Origin: Polyangia bacterium | Lineage (GTDB): Bacteria; Myxococcota_A; Polyangia; Palsa-1104; JAEUJZ01 | Length of the DNA stretch: 64,000 bases | Direction: 5' to 3' | Assembly (NCBI GenBank): GCA_044228505.1 | Contig: JBGAUT010000033.1 | Coordinates: forward strand, 646-64,645 | Part shown: positions 48,169-58,399 of the stretch, one piece after another | Position numbering within the stretch: the stretch's first letter is position 1 | Layout of the letters: each line of letters opens with the position of its first letter | Position numbers and translations under genes: made by a program | The notes under the pieces: generated by a model | The model's database searches: none | Seen by the model: only the letters and a program-made list of their open reading frames with translations | Told to the model about the DNA's origin: nothing

Positions 48169-48786
48169 CTACCAGCGCAACGAATAGACCGCAGAGTTAT
48201 ACGGCGCGGTGAGACTTACATCGGGGGGAGAGACGGTTCCCCGGATGCCGAGGAATCCGAAGATGGCACCGAGTCCTCCCGCAACCGACACAAACACACA
48301 GTAGGGGACGAGGGAACAGCGGGAATAGCGCACCGTCATCCGTCCGGACTTTGGGCCCAGCACGACATAGTCGTACTCGACCCCGCGGACGGAGGTGCTA
48401 CCGATCTGCCCCATTCGCTCAAAGATCGTTGTGGGGGACGTGCCAAACAGTCGCAGCATGCCCTCGGCCATGGCGCGTAGCACCGTGGTGCCGGCAACCT
48501 CTGAGGTTTCCCGACTACAGCGAGCACAGATATCCGAGCCGCGCAGATCAAAAATTGCGGCATCCAGTTCAACGATGGCCTGTCCGGGAACCCAGTTCGA
48601 TGACGGCGGCGGTTCATCCATCAGCTTGCGCGTGGCGTCTGAAACCAGACCTCGCAACTCACGAAGTGGCACGTGTGCGGCAGCGGCCCGCAGGCGTCCA
48701 TTCCATACGGTGCCTTTGATCTCGAACTGGAGGCTGGCTTGCTTTACCAGTTCAACCTGCGTGGACATCGACTGTTCACTGCCCAT
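48169..48786 (-). CDS. Hypothetical protein
   Basis: 205-aa ORF filling the gap between SulP and the lipoprotein genes; no motif I can name with confidence. Confidence 0.6.
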   Translation of the reverse strand: MGSEQSMSTQVELVKQASLQFEIKGTVWNGRLRAAAAHVPLRELRGLVSDATRKLMDEPPPSSNWVPGQAIVELDAAIFDLRGSDICARCSRETSEVAGTTVLRAMAEGMLRLFGTSPTTIFERMGQIGSTSVRGVEYDYVVLGPKSGRMTVRYSRCSLVPYCVFVSVAGGLGAIFGFLGIRGTVSPPDVSLTAPYNSAVYSLRW

Positions 48787-48944
48787 CTTCTTTCAGCTGG
48801 GCTGTGCGCTGCAAGGTCTGTCTGTACGCGCTTCCCGTGGACTTAGGCGGATAGGTGCTTGTCGATGCCGCGCTTCCACGTTACCGTCGTAGGGTCCATA
48901 GGAATCCAAAGTTCCTGCATACTTAACGCATCGAGGAGGAAATT

Positions 48945-49910
48945 ATGAAAATTCGGAACCTAGCTTGGACCGCATCCCTGTGTCTGGCATCAGCCCTTAT
49001 CGGCTGTGATTCGTCCAGCACCATGATGACCGACATGTCGCCACCCGTGGTGATCACTCCAGAGCAGGCCTGTCCTGCGGTGATCAAGGCGTACTGTGCC
49101 AAGGCGAAGGAGTGCTATCCGTTTATCTGGCAGCTCTCTTGGCCCGATGCGGCGACCTGCGAGGCTCGGCTCAACCTGACCTGCCTGCCGCTCGCCAAAG
49201 TCACTGGCAGCAGTGTGACCGGAGCGGACCTGCAGGCCTGTGCGGCGAAGTTTAATAGCCTGACCTGCGATGAGTACTTTTCCTTCTCGAACCCGATTCA
49301 AGCGTGCGGCTTTAAGCCCGGTACCCTGACCGAAGCAACCGCCTGCGGTGAAGATGTCCAGTGCGCGAGTCTGTACTGCAAAAAAGACGTGGGAATGGAC
49401 TGTGGCAAATGCACCGTGATTGGGAAGTCGGGCAGCGTGTGCGTGAACAACAGCGACTGTGACAAGGGACTCACTTGCGTGGGGGCTGCTGGGGCCCGGC
49501 AGTGTACGGCATACCTAACGATGGGCGCGAGCTGCAGCACCGCTGCGAACAGCGTCCCGTGTCTTGGCACCTTGGCGTGTCGAAACGGCACGTGCTCCAC
49601 TCCTGCCAAGTTGGGAGAGACCTGTTCTACGACCGCGCAAGACTGTGACAAACCGAGCGGACTAAACTGTCCCGTGGCGGGCAAGTGTGTGGCTCCGGCG
49701 ACTGCTCAGCTTGGTGGTGCGTGCGGTCAGCAAGGCACGACCTACATCCTGTGTACGGGCGGCAGTTCGTGTGATCCGGGGACCAAGAAGTGCGTGGCAT
49801 CTTTGGCTGATGGGACAAGCTGCAACGCGGGGTCCGGAGTCGGCTGCCAGGCTCCTGCCAAGTGTACCGCCAGCGTCTGCAAGATTGCCGATCCGACGGT
49901 CTGTAAGTAA
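48945..49910 (+). CDS. Cys-rich lipoprotein
   Basis: GAGGAGG RBS, lipobox LIGC, more than 35 Cys in repeated C..G..C modules. Confidence 0.8.
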   Translation: MKIRNLAWTASLCLASALIGCDSSSTMMTDMSPPVVITPEQACPAVIKAYCAKAKECYPFIWQLSWPDAATCEARLNLTCLPLAKVTGSSVTGADLQACAAKFNSLTCDEYFSFSNPIQACGFKPGTLTEATACGEDVQCASLYCKKDVGMDCGKCTVIGKSGSVCVNNSDCDKGLTCVGAAGARQCTAYLTMGASCSTAANSVPCLGTLACRNGTCSTPAKLGETCSTTAQDCDKPSGLNCPVAGKCVAPATAQLGGACGQQGTTYILCTGGSSCDPGTKKCVASLADGTSCNAGSGVGCQAPAKCTASVCKIADPTVCK

Positions 49911-49984
49911 CTGCCAGCGGTTGGGACGTCCTCCCAATCGCGATTGCGCTGGGTGAGCTTGGGGGGGAGAAACGGAATGCTGTG

Positions 49985-50626
49985 ATGAAGGCCTCTGTAC
50001 TTGCTTCCTTGGTTCTCCCTGTTCTCGCTGGTTCCGTCGTCACTGGGTGCGGCGGAACCGATCCAACACCGACTACCTCCAAATGGTACTTCACCTGCGG
50101 TGATCCGGTCTGTCGTGGCTACACCGCACCAGCGGGAGTGCCAAAATGTACGACGGAAAAGGCGGGGGATTCTTGCGCGGCGGGGGCAGCAGAGTGTGAT
50201 CCGGTGGATTCCTGTAATCGTCGGCTGCGCTGCGCGACCAGCGATCCGACGATGCAACCTGGCGGCTGTCCGATTTCGCGGCGATCTGCGAAGACCGATA
50301 TTCAGTACTTGAGCGCCACCGACCTGCAGCGCTACGCCGATGAGGTGATGAAGATGAAGCTTGCCACGTTCAAGTACCGAGCGGGCGGGCCGCAGCGACT
50401 TGGCTTCATGATTGACGACCAAGGAGACGGAACCGGAAAGAGCATGAGCGTGGATGCTGAGCGCGACATGGTCGATCTGTACGGCTTCACGAGTATGGCG
50501 GTGGCGACTCTCAAGGTGCAGCAGCAGCAGATCCAGGGACTTGAACACAAGCTGGACGAGCTGAGCAGCCAACTGCGTTCGTGTCAGCCAACGTCGCCTG
50601 CTCGCAAAAAGTCCAAGTCACGATAA
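49985..50626 (+). CDS. Lipoprotein with C-terminal peptidase S74/intramolecular chaperone-like domain
   Basis: Lipobox VTGC, short Cys-rich region, SRRSAKTDI, FKY..LGFMID..VDLYG, terminal coiled coil. Confidence 0.65.
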   Translation: MKASVLASLVLPVLAGSVVTGCGGTDPTPTTSKWYFTCGDPVCRGYTAPAGVPKCTTEKAGDSCAAGAAECDPVDSCNRRLRCATSDPTMQPGGCPISRRSAKTDIQYLSATDLQRYADEVMKMKLATFKYRAGGPQRLGFMIDDQGDGTGKSMSVDAERDMVDLYGFTSMAVATLKVQQQQIQGLEHKLDELSSQLRSCQPTSPARKKSKSR

Positions 50627-50719
50627 GTACGGTGCGACGGTGAAGGGTAAGTACGTGCGTTGGGATAGAATTCCGTCCGGGCCTATCGCCGGACGGCTGG
50701 TTTGACGTACCATGGTTTG

Positions 50720-51886
50720 ATGCGATCCCTTGCGTTCCTGCCGGTCATTCTTTCCGCCGTTTCGGCCAGCCTCACCGGCTGTCATTCCCCAGCGGTTCCG
50801 GCCCGTATTCCTGCGGATCTTCGCAGTCCGTTTGTCGGCTATTCCAGCGAGACATACGCTCGGGACGAGATGTGGCTCTGCCGACCTGGCAAACCAGGCG
50901 ATGTCTGCGCGTCGGATCTCACTGCGACCGAGATTCATTCCGATGGTTCTCGGACGGTGGTTGCGCACCAAGCGATTCCAGACCCGAAGGTCGACTGCTT
51001 CTATGTCTATCCCACTGTTGATGCGCAGCTCACGGCGGCCAACCATACCGACTTTTCTGATGTGGTGCCGATGCGAAGCTCGGTCCTTGCTCAGGCCGCT
51101 CGTTTTGGTGAGGTGTGCGCGGTGTATGCCCCCTTGTATCGGCAAGCGACGATTGGCACCTACTTTGCCGGGAAAGAGCGCCGAGAGGGCTTCCTACAGA
51201 CTGCCTATTCCGACGTACTCGATGCATTTTTGCACTACATGGGACAACACAATCGGGGTCGCAAAGTCGTCCTGATTGGCCACTCCCAAGGTGCCGACAT
51301 GATCTCTCGGCTCCTACGGCAAGTGTTCGATCACGATCCCGCAATGCGTGAAAGGCTGCTGCTGGCGATGCCGGTAGGGGGACCAGTCGAAGTGCCCAAA
51401 GGGAAGCTGACCGGAGGCTCCTTTGACAACATTCCGCTGTGCAGCCGCCCAGATGAAACAGGCTGCGTGGTGGCGTTTCGGACCTATCGCATGGGTGCGG
51501 ACACCAGCAAGGCCATCTTTCCTCCTCCTCCTGGGCATGAACCGGCGTGTGTGAATCCTGTTGAACTGGGCAGCTCGGAGTCGAAGCGGCTATCACGGAC
51601 GTACTATCCGGTGGATGGACGGACTCGAAAGCTGATGGCAGGAGTGGACGACGTGACCACTCCGTTTGTACTGTTCCGGGGTTACTACGATGCGGCGTGT
51701 ATGACGAGTCCGGATGGCTATCGTTATTTGGGAATCTCCGCTGCGGCTGCGCCGGGCGAGAGACGGATTGCGCCGGTCAACCTAGAGGATCGGCGATTGA
51801 ACCGTAGCTTTGGGACTCACGTTCTCGACATGCAGTTTACCCAAGGTGACTTGGTAGACTTGGTGGGCAAGCGCACCGGTCAGTAG
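50720..51886 (+). CDS. DUF3089-like alpha/beta-hydrolase lipoprotein
   Basis: Lipobox LTGC, DCFYVYPT, APLYRQAT, LIGHSQG, HVLD. Confidence 0.85.
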   Translation: MRSLAFLPVILSAVSASLTGCHSPAVPARIPADLRSPFVGYSSETYARDEMWLCRPGKPGDVCASDLTATEIHSDGSRTVVAHQAIPDPKVDCFYVYPTVDAQLTAANHTDFSDVVPMRSSVLAQAARFGEVCAVYAPLYRQATIGTYFAGKERREGFLQTAYSDVLDAFLHYMGQHNRGRKVVLIGHSQGADMISRLLRQVFDHDPAMRERLLLAMPVGGPVEVPKGKLTGGSFDNIPLCSRPDETGCVVAFRTYRMGADTSKAIFPPPPGHEPACVNPVELGSSESKRLSRTYYPVDGRTRKLMAGVDDVTTPFVLFRGYYDAACMTSPDGYRYLGISAAAAPGERRIAPVNLEDRRLNRSFGTHVLDMQFTQGDLVDLVGKRTGQ

Positions 51887-51950
51887 AGACGCAGATCCTG
51901 AATCGATACTCTGTACAGATGTGATTGGCGTGCTGTGGGAAGGGAGGACG

Positions 51951-52439
51951 ATGGAGATGCGGCGGTTGATCTCTGGACAAGCAAACGGAGCGTGGTTGAC
52001 GAGCGTTGTTTGGGCGATGACGATGGTTGGGTCAGAACAGGTCTTGGCGGACAGAGTACCGCCGCCGCGCATGACCTTAACCACAAGCCCCGCAGCGGGA
52101 TGTCCAAAGCCTGCTCTGGGCGATGCGGTGGAGTCCAAACGAGATGACGTGTGGGAGTGTCTGTCCAGCGGCTATGTTCAAGGGACGCTCACGCTGAGCT
52201 GTCGGTTTGCCGATTCCGGTCGCGTAAAGGGGTGTACGCAGGCACCCGGCAGCAGCGGCTTTAAACCAAAGCAGATCAGTTGCCTGTCGAGACTGTTTGC
52301 GACTCTGTCTCTGCCTACGAGCGCTTGGAATCAGCAGCGCCCGAGTCTGTGCGGTGCGCAGATCGAGATCACAATGCAATTGACTCCGCGTCGGCGACCA
52401 GGACCACGGCCAAGTGAGGTTATGATACCGGACTTCTGA
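51951..52439 (+). CDS. Hypothetical exported protein
   Basis: Signal-like N-terminus and several Cys; no confident family. Confidence 0.5.
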   Translation: MEMRRLISGQANGAWLTSVVWAMTMVGSEQVLADRVPPPRMTLTTSPAAGCPKPALGDAVESKRDDVWECLSSGYVQGTLTLSCRFADSGRVKGCTQAPGSSGFKPKQISCLSRLFATLSLPTSAWNQQRPSLCGAQIEITMQLTPRRRPGPRPSEVMIPDF

Positions 52440-52454
52440 TCCGGGTCGGGGCTC

Positions 52455-54623
52455 CTACAGCCCGCGCTGCTTGATCTCGTTGATGGCCGCCTGCAGCGGG
52501 TTGCCTCGGCGTAGACAGCTCCAGCAGTCCGTTTGGCCTCCGGGCCCGCAGCCGTTTGGCACCTGAAGCTTGAGGAGCAGCTCATGCGTACGGCGTCCGC
52601 CTTGCTTTCCCGCTTTGCCAAGGAGTGCTCGCTTGGCTTCGCAAGAGCTGGCGCTGCGCAGGTCGAGAACGATCAGACCGTCCGCTGATGCCAGCCGGCG
52701 AACGCTGTCTTTGGCGAGACTCTGGAGCAGCCGACCGCGATACGGTTCCATCGTGGTGCGATCGGCCAGGTCGATCAGTGTGTCGACTCCGTATTCTCCC
52801 ATTTGCTGTTCCAGAAGCTGCATCGCTGGCTCCGAGGTCTGCGGTTGGAGCGCTGCATCCGCAACGATACGAAGAATCTGTTCGTCATAGGCCGCAGCGG
52901 GATCGATCTGAAGCAGCGGCGTGATCGCTTGCAGGGCGGAACCAAGCTCTCCGTTTTTGCCATAGGCCTTGACCAGAGCGCGATGAGTCCGCGAGTCGTT
53001 CGGATACTTGTTACGGAGCTTGAGCAGCGCCGCTGGACCTTTTTCGACCGCCTTCTGCATGTCGGAGTCGGTTGCGTAGCCGACCATTCCTACGACGGCT
53101 GCTTCGCCATCGTCATCACCGCTGAGCAGGATTCCGAACACAAAGAACACTGGTAGCAGCAGCACAGCGGCCACGGCGGTTCCGAGCGCCCACTGCGAGA
53201 TCCCGCGTTGCTTTTCTGGGAGCTTGGAACGGACCCACGCGAGCAGTTGGGTCCACTTGGGTCCCAGTACTGCACCAAGCTTGGCGAGCCGTTCTTGAAA
53301 CTTTTGGGTGGTCGCGGTTGGTAGTGGGGCAGGGGTCTCACCGCTGGAGGAGGCCATTGCCGGAACGGTTGCAGCTACACCGGCTGCTCGGTGGGCTTCC
53401 GCGCTCGCCGCCGCGTCCTTGTGAGGAGAGTTGGCCAAGTTTTTGCCGCTGCCATCGGCTCCTTTGAGCACCGGTACGCCACCGGTTCCTTTGGGAGCGG
53501 CTGTTGCGGGAAGGCTGCCGCCACGATTCGACTCACTACTGATGATATCGATCTGCGCCATTGACTCCCCAGTACCTGCTTGGCCGGGGTAGTCTTTGTC
53601 TCCCATCACTGTCGGACGATTGTCGAGATCTCGCACACCAGAGTTGGGAATGTTGAGGCGACCAAGCGGCGATGAGGGCTCGTAGCGAAGTCCTTCTGCC
53701 GCCGCCAGCTCCGCGAGTGCATCAAGCAGATGCCGCGCATCTTTGTAGCGATTGTCCGGGTTCTTTTCGAGCAGCTTCATGACCATCGCATCAAGCGCTG
53801 CCGGCACTTTGACCGAGGGTGCCTTTTGCGACATCGGAGGAACCGGCGCAAGAATCTGCTGCCGCAAAATCACCGATGGATCATCTGCATCAAAGGGCAC
53901 CCAGCCGGTCAGCAGCTCATACATCACTGCTCCGAGTGCATACAGGTCCGTCCGGCCATCGACTTCACCACCTGCGGCTTGTTCCGGTGCCATGTAGGCC
54001 GGAGTGCCAAAGATCGTGCCGTACTTGGTCAGCGTTTCCGAGCGCTGGCTAATGTCATCCACCAGCGCTTCCAGCCGAATCTTAGCGAGCCCAAAGTCTA
54101 GAACCTTCACGAAGTCGGGATCGCCATCCCGGTTCATGATCATGACGTTCTCTGGCTTCAGGTCACGATGCACGATTCCGACGGAGTGGGCTCGTTGCAG
54201 GGCAGAGCTTATCTGACGGGCGATGTGGATGACGCGGGCCGAGCTGATGGGTCCGAAGTTGAGCACTTCGCGCAGCGACTTGCCATCGATGAACTCGAGG
54301 ACCAGAAATAGAGCCCCTTCATCGGTAAAGCCCAGGTCGGTAGCCGCGACGACGTTTGGGTGCTCAAGGTGCGCTGCCGCCATGGCTTCACGCTCGAAGC
54401 GGGCCACCATTTCACGGTTCTTGGATAGCTCGGCGTTTAGCACCTTGAGCGCCATGCGTTTGCGCATGAGCATGTGCTCGACGAGATACACCGCGCCCAT
54501 ACCACCTTCGCCGAGCAGCGATGTCACTTTGTAGCGTCCGCCTACCGTCGTGCCAACGAGCCGCTGGGCCCCTTCGCTCGTCTCCGAGCCAGAGGTCGGC
54601 TTCGCAGATTCGGCCTGATCCAT
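52455..54623 (-). CDS. Membrane Ser/Thr protein kinase (Pkn type)
   Basis: LGEGGMGAVY, ALK, HRDLKPEN, KVLDFGLAK, GTPAYMAPE, one TM helix, C-terminal extracytoplasmic domain. Confidence 0.95.
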   Translation of the reverse strand: MDQAESAKPTSGSETSEGAQRLVGTTVGGRYKVTSLLGEGGMGAVYLVEHMLMRKRMALKVLNAELSKNREMVARFEREAMAAAHLEHPNVVAATDLGFTDEGALFLVLEFIDGKSLREVLNFGPISSARVIHIARQISSALQRAHSVGIVHRDLKPENVMIMNRDGDPDFVKVLDFGLAKIRLEALVDDISQRSETLTKYGTIFGTPAYMAPEQAAGGEVDGRTDLYALGAVMYELLTGWVPFDADDPSVILRQQILAPVPPMSQKAPSVKVPAALDAMVMKLLEKNPDNRYKDARHLLDALAELAAAEGLRYEPSSPLGRLNIPNSGVRDLDNRPTVMGDKDYPGQAGTGESMAQIDIISSESNRGGSLPATAAPKGTGGVPVLKGADGSGKNLANSPHKDAAASAEAHRAAGVAATVPAMASSSGETPAPLPTATTQKFQERLAKLGAVLGPKWTQLLAWVRSKLPEKQRGISQWALGTAVAAVLLLPVFFVFGILLSGDDDGEAAVVGMVGYATDSDMQKAVEKGPAALLKLRNKYPNDSRTHRALVKAYGKNGELGSALQAITPLLQIDPAAAYDEQILRIVADAALQPQTSEPAMQLLEQQMGEYGVDTLIDLADRTTMEPYRGRLLQSLAKDSVRRLASADGLIVLDLRSASSCEAKRALLGKAGKQGGRRTHELLLKLQVPNGCGPGGQTDCWSCLRRGNPLQAAINEIKQRGL

Positions 54624-54704
54624 CCAGACTAAGATATCCGATTTGATCTGGCTCACTCCGTAAAACTGTGGTGGCAACTACAAAATCTGCGGCGACTGTT
54701 GCGG

Positions 54705-55850
54705 CTATCGAGCGCAGAAGGCGTGGTAATCGCTGAGTTCAATCGGGCGGGTCGGGTCGCTACAGACCGTGCAGTCGGGGGAGCGACGCAGCTTCATCTC
54801 GCGGAACTTGGCCGACAGCGCCTCATAAATCATGAGCCGCCCCGATAGTGACTCACCGATACCGAGCAACAGCTTGATGGCCTCCGTCGCTTGAAGGACA
54901 CCGATCACGCCCGGTAGCACCCCAAATACGCCCGCTTCGTGGCAAGACGGTGCCAGGTCGGGCGGCGGTGGCTCGGGGTAAAGGCAGCGGTAGCACGGAC
55001 CCTGCCACGGCAAAAACGAGGTGAGCTGTCCCTCGAAACGAAAGATGGACGCATGCACCACTGGAATTCGCAAAATGAGCGAAGCGTCGTTAAGCAGGTA
55101 GCGGGTTGGGAAGTTGTCCGCACCATCGACGATCAGGTCATATCCGCGCAGCAGTTCGAGCGCGTTGGCTGGGCCGAGTCGGACGCGCTGGCCGAGCACC
55201 TGCACGTCAGGGTTTAATTCGCGCAGGGTCTGCTGGGCGGATTCCACCTTGGGACGACCTAGGCGAGTGGTGCTGTGCAGGATTTGTCGCTGCAGGTTCG
55301 ACTCATCGACTACATCATCGTCGACGATTCCGATGGTGCCAACGCCCGCTGCCGCCAAGTAGTACCCCGCAGGTGAGCCAAGCCCTCCCGCCCCAACGAG
55401 AAGCACGCGACTGTTCAGCAGCTTGGCTTGGCCGGACTCCCCCACTTCGGGAAGCATGATGTGGCGGGCATAGCGATTCTTTTGGGCGGCCGAAAACACC
55501 AGCGGCTTTTCAATGGCACCACCGGCACCTCGCCACGCCGTCATTCCTCCCGCCAAAGAGGCCACGTTGGAAAAGCCCATGGTTCGTAGTGTGCTCGCTG
55601 CCAGCGCTGAACGACTGCCCCCCGCACAGTAAAGGACTATGTCCAGGTCGCGACTCGGGGCCAGCGCTTCGATGCGGCCTTCTAGCAGCCCTCGGGGCAC
55701 GAGCATCGCACCGGGGATGGTGCCTTGCTGCTGCTCATCAGGCTCCCGTACATCGATGAGCACTGCTGGCGGCTGTTTCTGAAGCTGCAAGGCGGAGATC
55801 TCGCGGATCTGGGCCCTGACCTGTTGGAGATAGTCGAAGTAGCTCGGCAT
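54705..55850 (-). CDS. moeB: Rhodanese-MoeB/MoeZ ubiquitin-like-protein adenylyltransferase
   Basis: N-terminal rhodanese (LYCAGGSRS), RYARH, GAGGLGS, SNLQRQ, CYRC..CTVC. Confidence 0.9.
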   Translation of the reverse strand: MPSYFDYLQQVRAQIREISALQLQKQPPAVLIDVREPDEQQQGTIPGAMLVPRGLLEGRIEALAPSRDLDIVLYCAGGSRSALAASTLRTMGFSNVASLAGGMTAWRGAGGAIEKPLVFSAAQKNRYARHIMLPEVGESGQAKLLNSRVLLVGAGGLGSPAGYYLAAAGVGTIGIVDDDVVDESNLQRQILHSTTRLGRPKVESAQQTLRELNPDVQVLGQRVRLGPANALELLRGYDLIVDGADNFPTRYLLNDASLILRIPVVHASIFRFEGQLTSFLPWQGPCYRCLYPEPPPPDLAPSCHEAGVFGVLPGVIGVLQATEAIKLLLGIGESLSGRLMIYEALSAKFREMKLRRSPDCTVCSDPTRPIELSDYHAFCAR

Positions 55851-56295
55851 GGGCTTGTGGTTTCTTCGCAAAGGCGGTGAGGTTGGATGGGTTCGTGAGC
55901 AACCTTGACGCTGCCTGCTTGTGACCATAATCTAACGTTACGTCAGCTTTAGTGGTGGACCTGGACTCCGTTTTCGCGGATAACCAGGCTGCACTACGTC
56001 GAGGAGCGGCACAAGATAACGTCCTTCATGAGCAAGCGTCGGCAGCCAGTTTACGGCGAAGCAAAACATGCGATGACCACCAGTTGGCAGGAACTTATGT
56101 CACTGCGCCAAGTCGCTCGCCGTCAACGAGATCATGGTAGAAAGCCGACGATGCTTTGGGGTGGCGTGGAGCGGGCGCAACCGAGCCGCTCTACTTATCG
56201 AGGATCGCTACCAGTCACAACCAACCGATGAATAGCCGAGGATCTGCGTTGCGGCTCCTTGGCACAGCGAACTACAGAGCTTTTTGGAGGAACCC

Positions 56296-56697
56296 ATGTC
56301 TGTGATTACCACCAACATTCGCAAGCCCGACGCCGCTCCTGATCAGGTGCCGGTTGCTCCCGCTGCCACGTCGCCGATCTCTCTTACCGAGGTCGCCGCC
56401 AAGAAGGTCAATGAAATCCGCGAGCAGGAGAGCATCGAAGAGAGCATGTTCCTGCGAGTCCGCATCGTCGGTGGTGGCTGTTCTGGCTTTTCCTACGATC
56501 TGTACTTTGACTCGATCACCCCGATGGACAAGCAGCTTGTGTCTCATGGTGTGACGATCATCGTCGACCAAATGAGCCTCCAGTACCTCCGTGGCACCGA
56601 GATCGATTACCTCGAAGGTCTGCAGGGCGCGGGCTTCAAGTTCCACAACCCCAATGTCAAATCGACCTGCGGCTGTGGTTCGAGCTTCAGTGTGTAG
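56296..56697 (+). CDS. HesB/IscA/ErpA-type Fe-S cluster carrier
   Basis: GGGCSGFSY, FKFHNPN, TCGCGSSF; GGAGG RBS. Confidence 0.93.
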   Translation: MSVITTNIRKPDAAPDQVPVAPAATSPISLTEVAAKKVNEIREQESIEESMFLRVRIVGGGCSGFSYDLYFDSITPMDKQLVSHGVTIIVDQMSLQYLRGTEIDYLEGLQGAGFKFHNPNVKSTCGCGSSFSV

Positions 56698-56717
56698 CCC
56701 GCTTTCGTTCGCTTCCG

Positions 56718-57101
56718 CTAACTAGCTGGGAGCGAACGCTCGATGGCGAACGCGAAGTCTTCGCCGCCTTCGTAACTCATCGTTCCTACATCGACGGCTG
56801 TGTGCGCATGCCGGGTTAAGGCCTGGGCGAGCTTGTGCGCAAACGCCGAGACCTCGGCGTCTGCGATGGGCTCATCAAAGCGCGTAAACAGTCGCACAAA
56901 CACGGGCGCGGCAATCTCTAACTCACCGTTGCGCAGCGCTCGGGTCAGGTTTACCCGAAGCGGTAGCTCCAGCGCCTCGCCCTCACACCACTCGTTCAGG
57001 CTTTCGCTGTCGTAGGTGATGGGACCAACCAGCCCCGTTTCCTCCACGGCCTGCGCGAGCCAAGAGAGCTGACCGGGGAAGTACAGCCGAAGATCCTGCA
57101 T
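56718..57101 (-). CDS. Hypothetical protein
   Basis: ORF directly downstream of the ArsA-like gene; start uncertain. Confidence 0.55.
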   Translation of the reverse strand: MQDLRLYFPGQLSWLAQAVEETGLVGPITYDSESLNEWCEGEALELPLRVNLTRALRNGELEIAAPVFVRLFTRFDEPIADAEVSAFAHKLAQALTRHAHTAVDVGTMSYEGGEDFAFAIERSLPAS

Positions 57102-57163
57102 AGCCGCTAAGTGTCCCTTATCTGCGGGCAGCAATCAAAACACATCGGTTGGTCGAGCGCAGA

Positions 57164-58348
57164 TCAGGTCGGCGGCGGGATCAGGTGTCGGCTTACGGCC
57201 GCAATGCTTTGGGCATCATGGACGTCTTGCGGCAAGAGCGGGATTTGGCACAGAGGCAGCGGGATCTTCTGGGCCAGACGTGCAATCGACGCTGCATCTG
57301 TGGCGGCGAGCACTCGCTGTTCGGCATAGGTGCGGCTGAGCTGCTCGGCGAGCTGCTGGAGATCATCCGGTGCAAACCCCGATAGCTCGGGTCGCTCTTG
57401 CAGCAGCGGCATCAAGTCGCTTGGCACCTCGCGAGTGTGGCTGTGGACTCGATTCACGATGCAGCCGCCAATCGGCATCTTGGCGCGGGAAAGCCGTTCG
57501 TAAAAATACAGCGCTTCGTCAATGCTGAGCGACTCAGGGCTACACGCCAGCAGGAACGCTACATCGGATTTTTGCAGAAGCTGGGTGACCTTTTGGGCTC
57601 GCTCGCGGAAACCGGCCAGCACCGACTGAAATTCGACGAAGAACTCGGCAACTTGGGTCAAAAAGGCCGAGCCCACAAACCGTGCGAGCCCGCGTATCAC
57701 GATCGCACCGCCCATTCCCAGCAGCCGCAGCGACAGACTTCCCGCCTGCTGCAGGTACGGCTTCATGATCCACTGGATCGCGTCGGAGTCGACCGCCCGC
57801 GACATCCTTTCCGGTGCATCGAGGAAGTCGATCGCATTTTCCGTTGGTGGTGTGTCCATCACCAGCAGGTCATAGCGGTCGAGCTGTGACAGCTCATACA
57901 GCCGCGACATCGCTGCGTACTCGTGCGAACCAGCCAGCGCCGACGAAATCTGCTGATAGATCTGGTTGCGCAAGACCCGTTCGCGCAGCGTCGGATCGGG
58001 GGCATACCGCTTCACCAGATCATCAAAGGCCCGCTTCTGATCGAGCATCATCGCATCGAGCACGCCACCGGGAACCGGCACCTCACCGCGTGCTGCTGCC
58101 AGGATTCGTAGCCGATCCTCGGGGACTTTCTGGATCTCGTGGCTGAGTGCCGATACCGACAGCGCATCAGCGAGTCGCCGGGCCGGGTCGATGGTGAGCA
58201 CCAGCACTCGTTTGCCTCGCAGCGCCGCGAGCAGTCCCAGCGTGGCCGAGGTTGTGGTCTTGCCCACACCACCTGACCCGACGACCAGCATGATCCGCTT
58301 GCGAGCAATGACTTCCGATAAGGTGCCTTCGCTGTGCTTGGGTTCCAT
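57164..58348 (-). CDS. ArsA/Get3-family ATPase
   Basis: GSGGVGKTT, TIDPARRLADAL, DTPPT, NRVH. Confidence 0.9.
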   Translation of the reverse strand: MEPKHSEGTLSEVIARKRIMLVVGSGGVGKTTTSATLGLLAALRGKRVLVLTIDPARRLADALSVSALSHEIQKVPEDRLRILAAARGEVPVPGGVLDAMMLDQKRAFDDLVKRYAPDPTLRERVLRNQIYQQISSALAGSHEYAAMSRLYELSQLDRYDLLVMDTPPTENAIDFLDAPERMSRAVDSDAIQWIMKPYLQQAGSLSLRLLGMGGAIVIRGLARFVGSAFLTQVAEFFVEFQSVLAGFRERAQKVTQLLQKSDVAFLLACSPESLSIDEALYFYERLSRAKMPIGGCIVNRVHSHTREVPSDLMPLLQERPELSGFAPDDLQQLAEQLSRTYAEQRVLAATDAASIARLAQKIPLPLCQIPLLPQDVHDAQSIAAVSRHLIPPPT

Positions 58349-58399
58349 TGCGCTCTGCGTCCGGCTGCGACTTTCGAACTGTTCGAGAAAGTCTGGCGA

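Noticed and set aside
48945-50626. Prophage remnant suggested by the S74-like domain
   Set aside because: No other phage genes, integrase or att sites nearby, and the protein has a lipoprotein signal.
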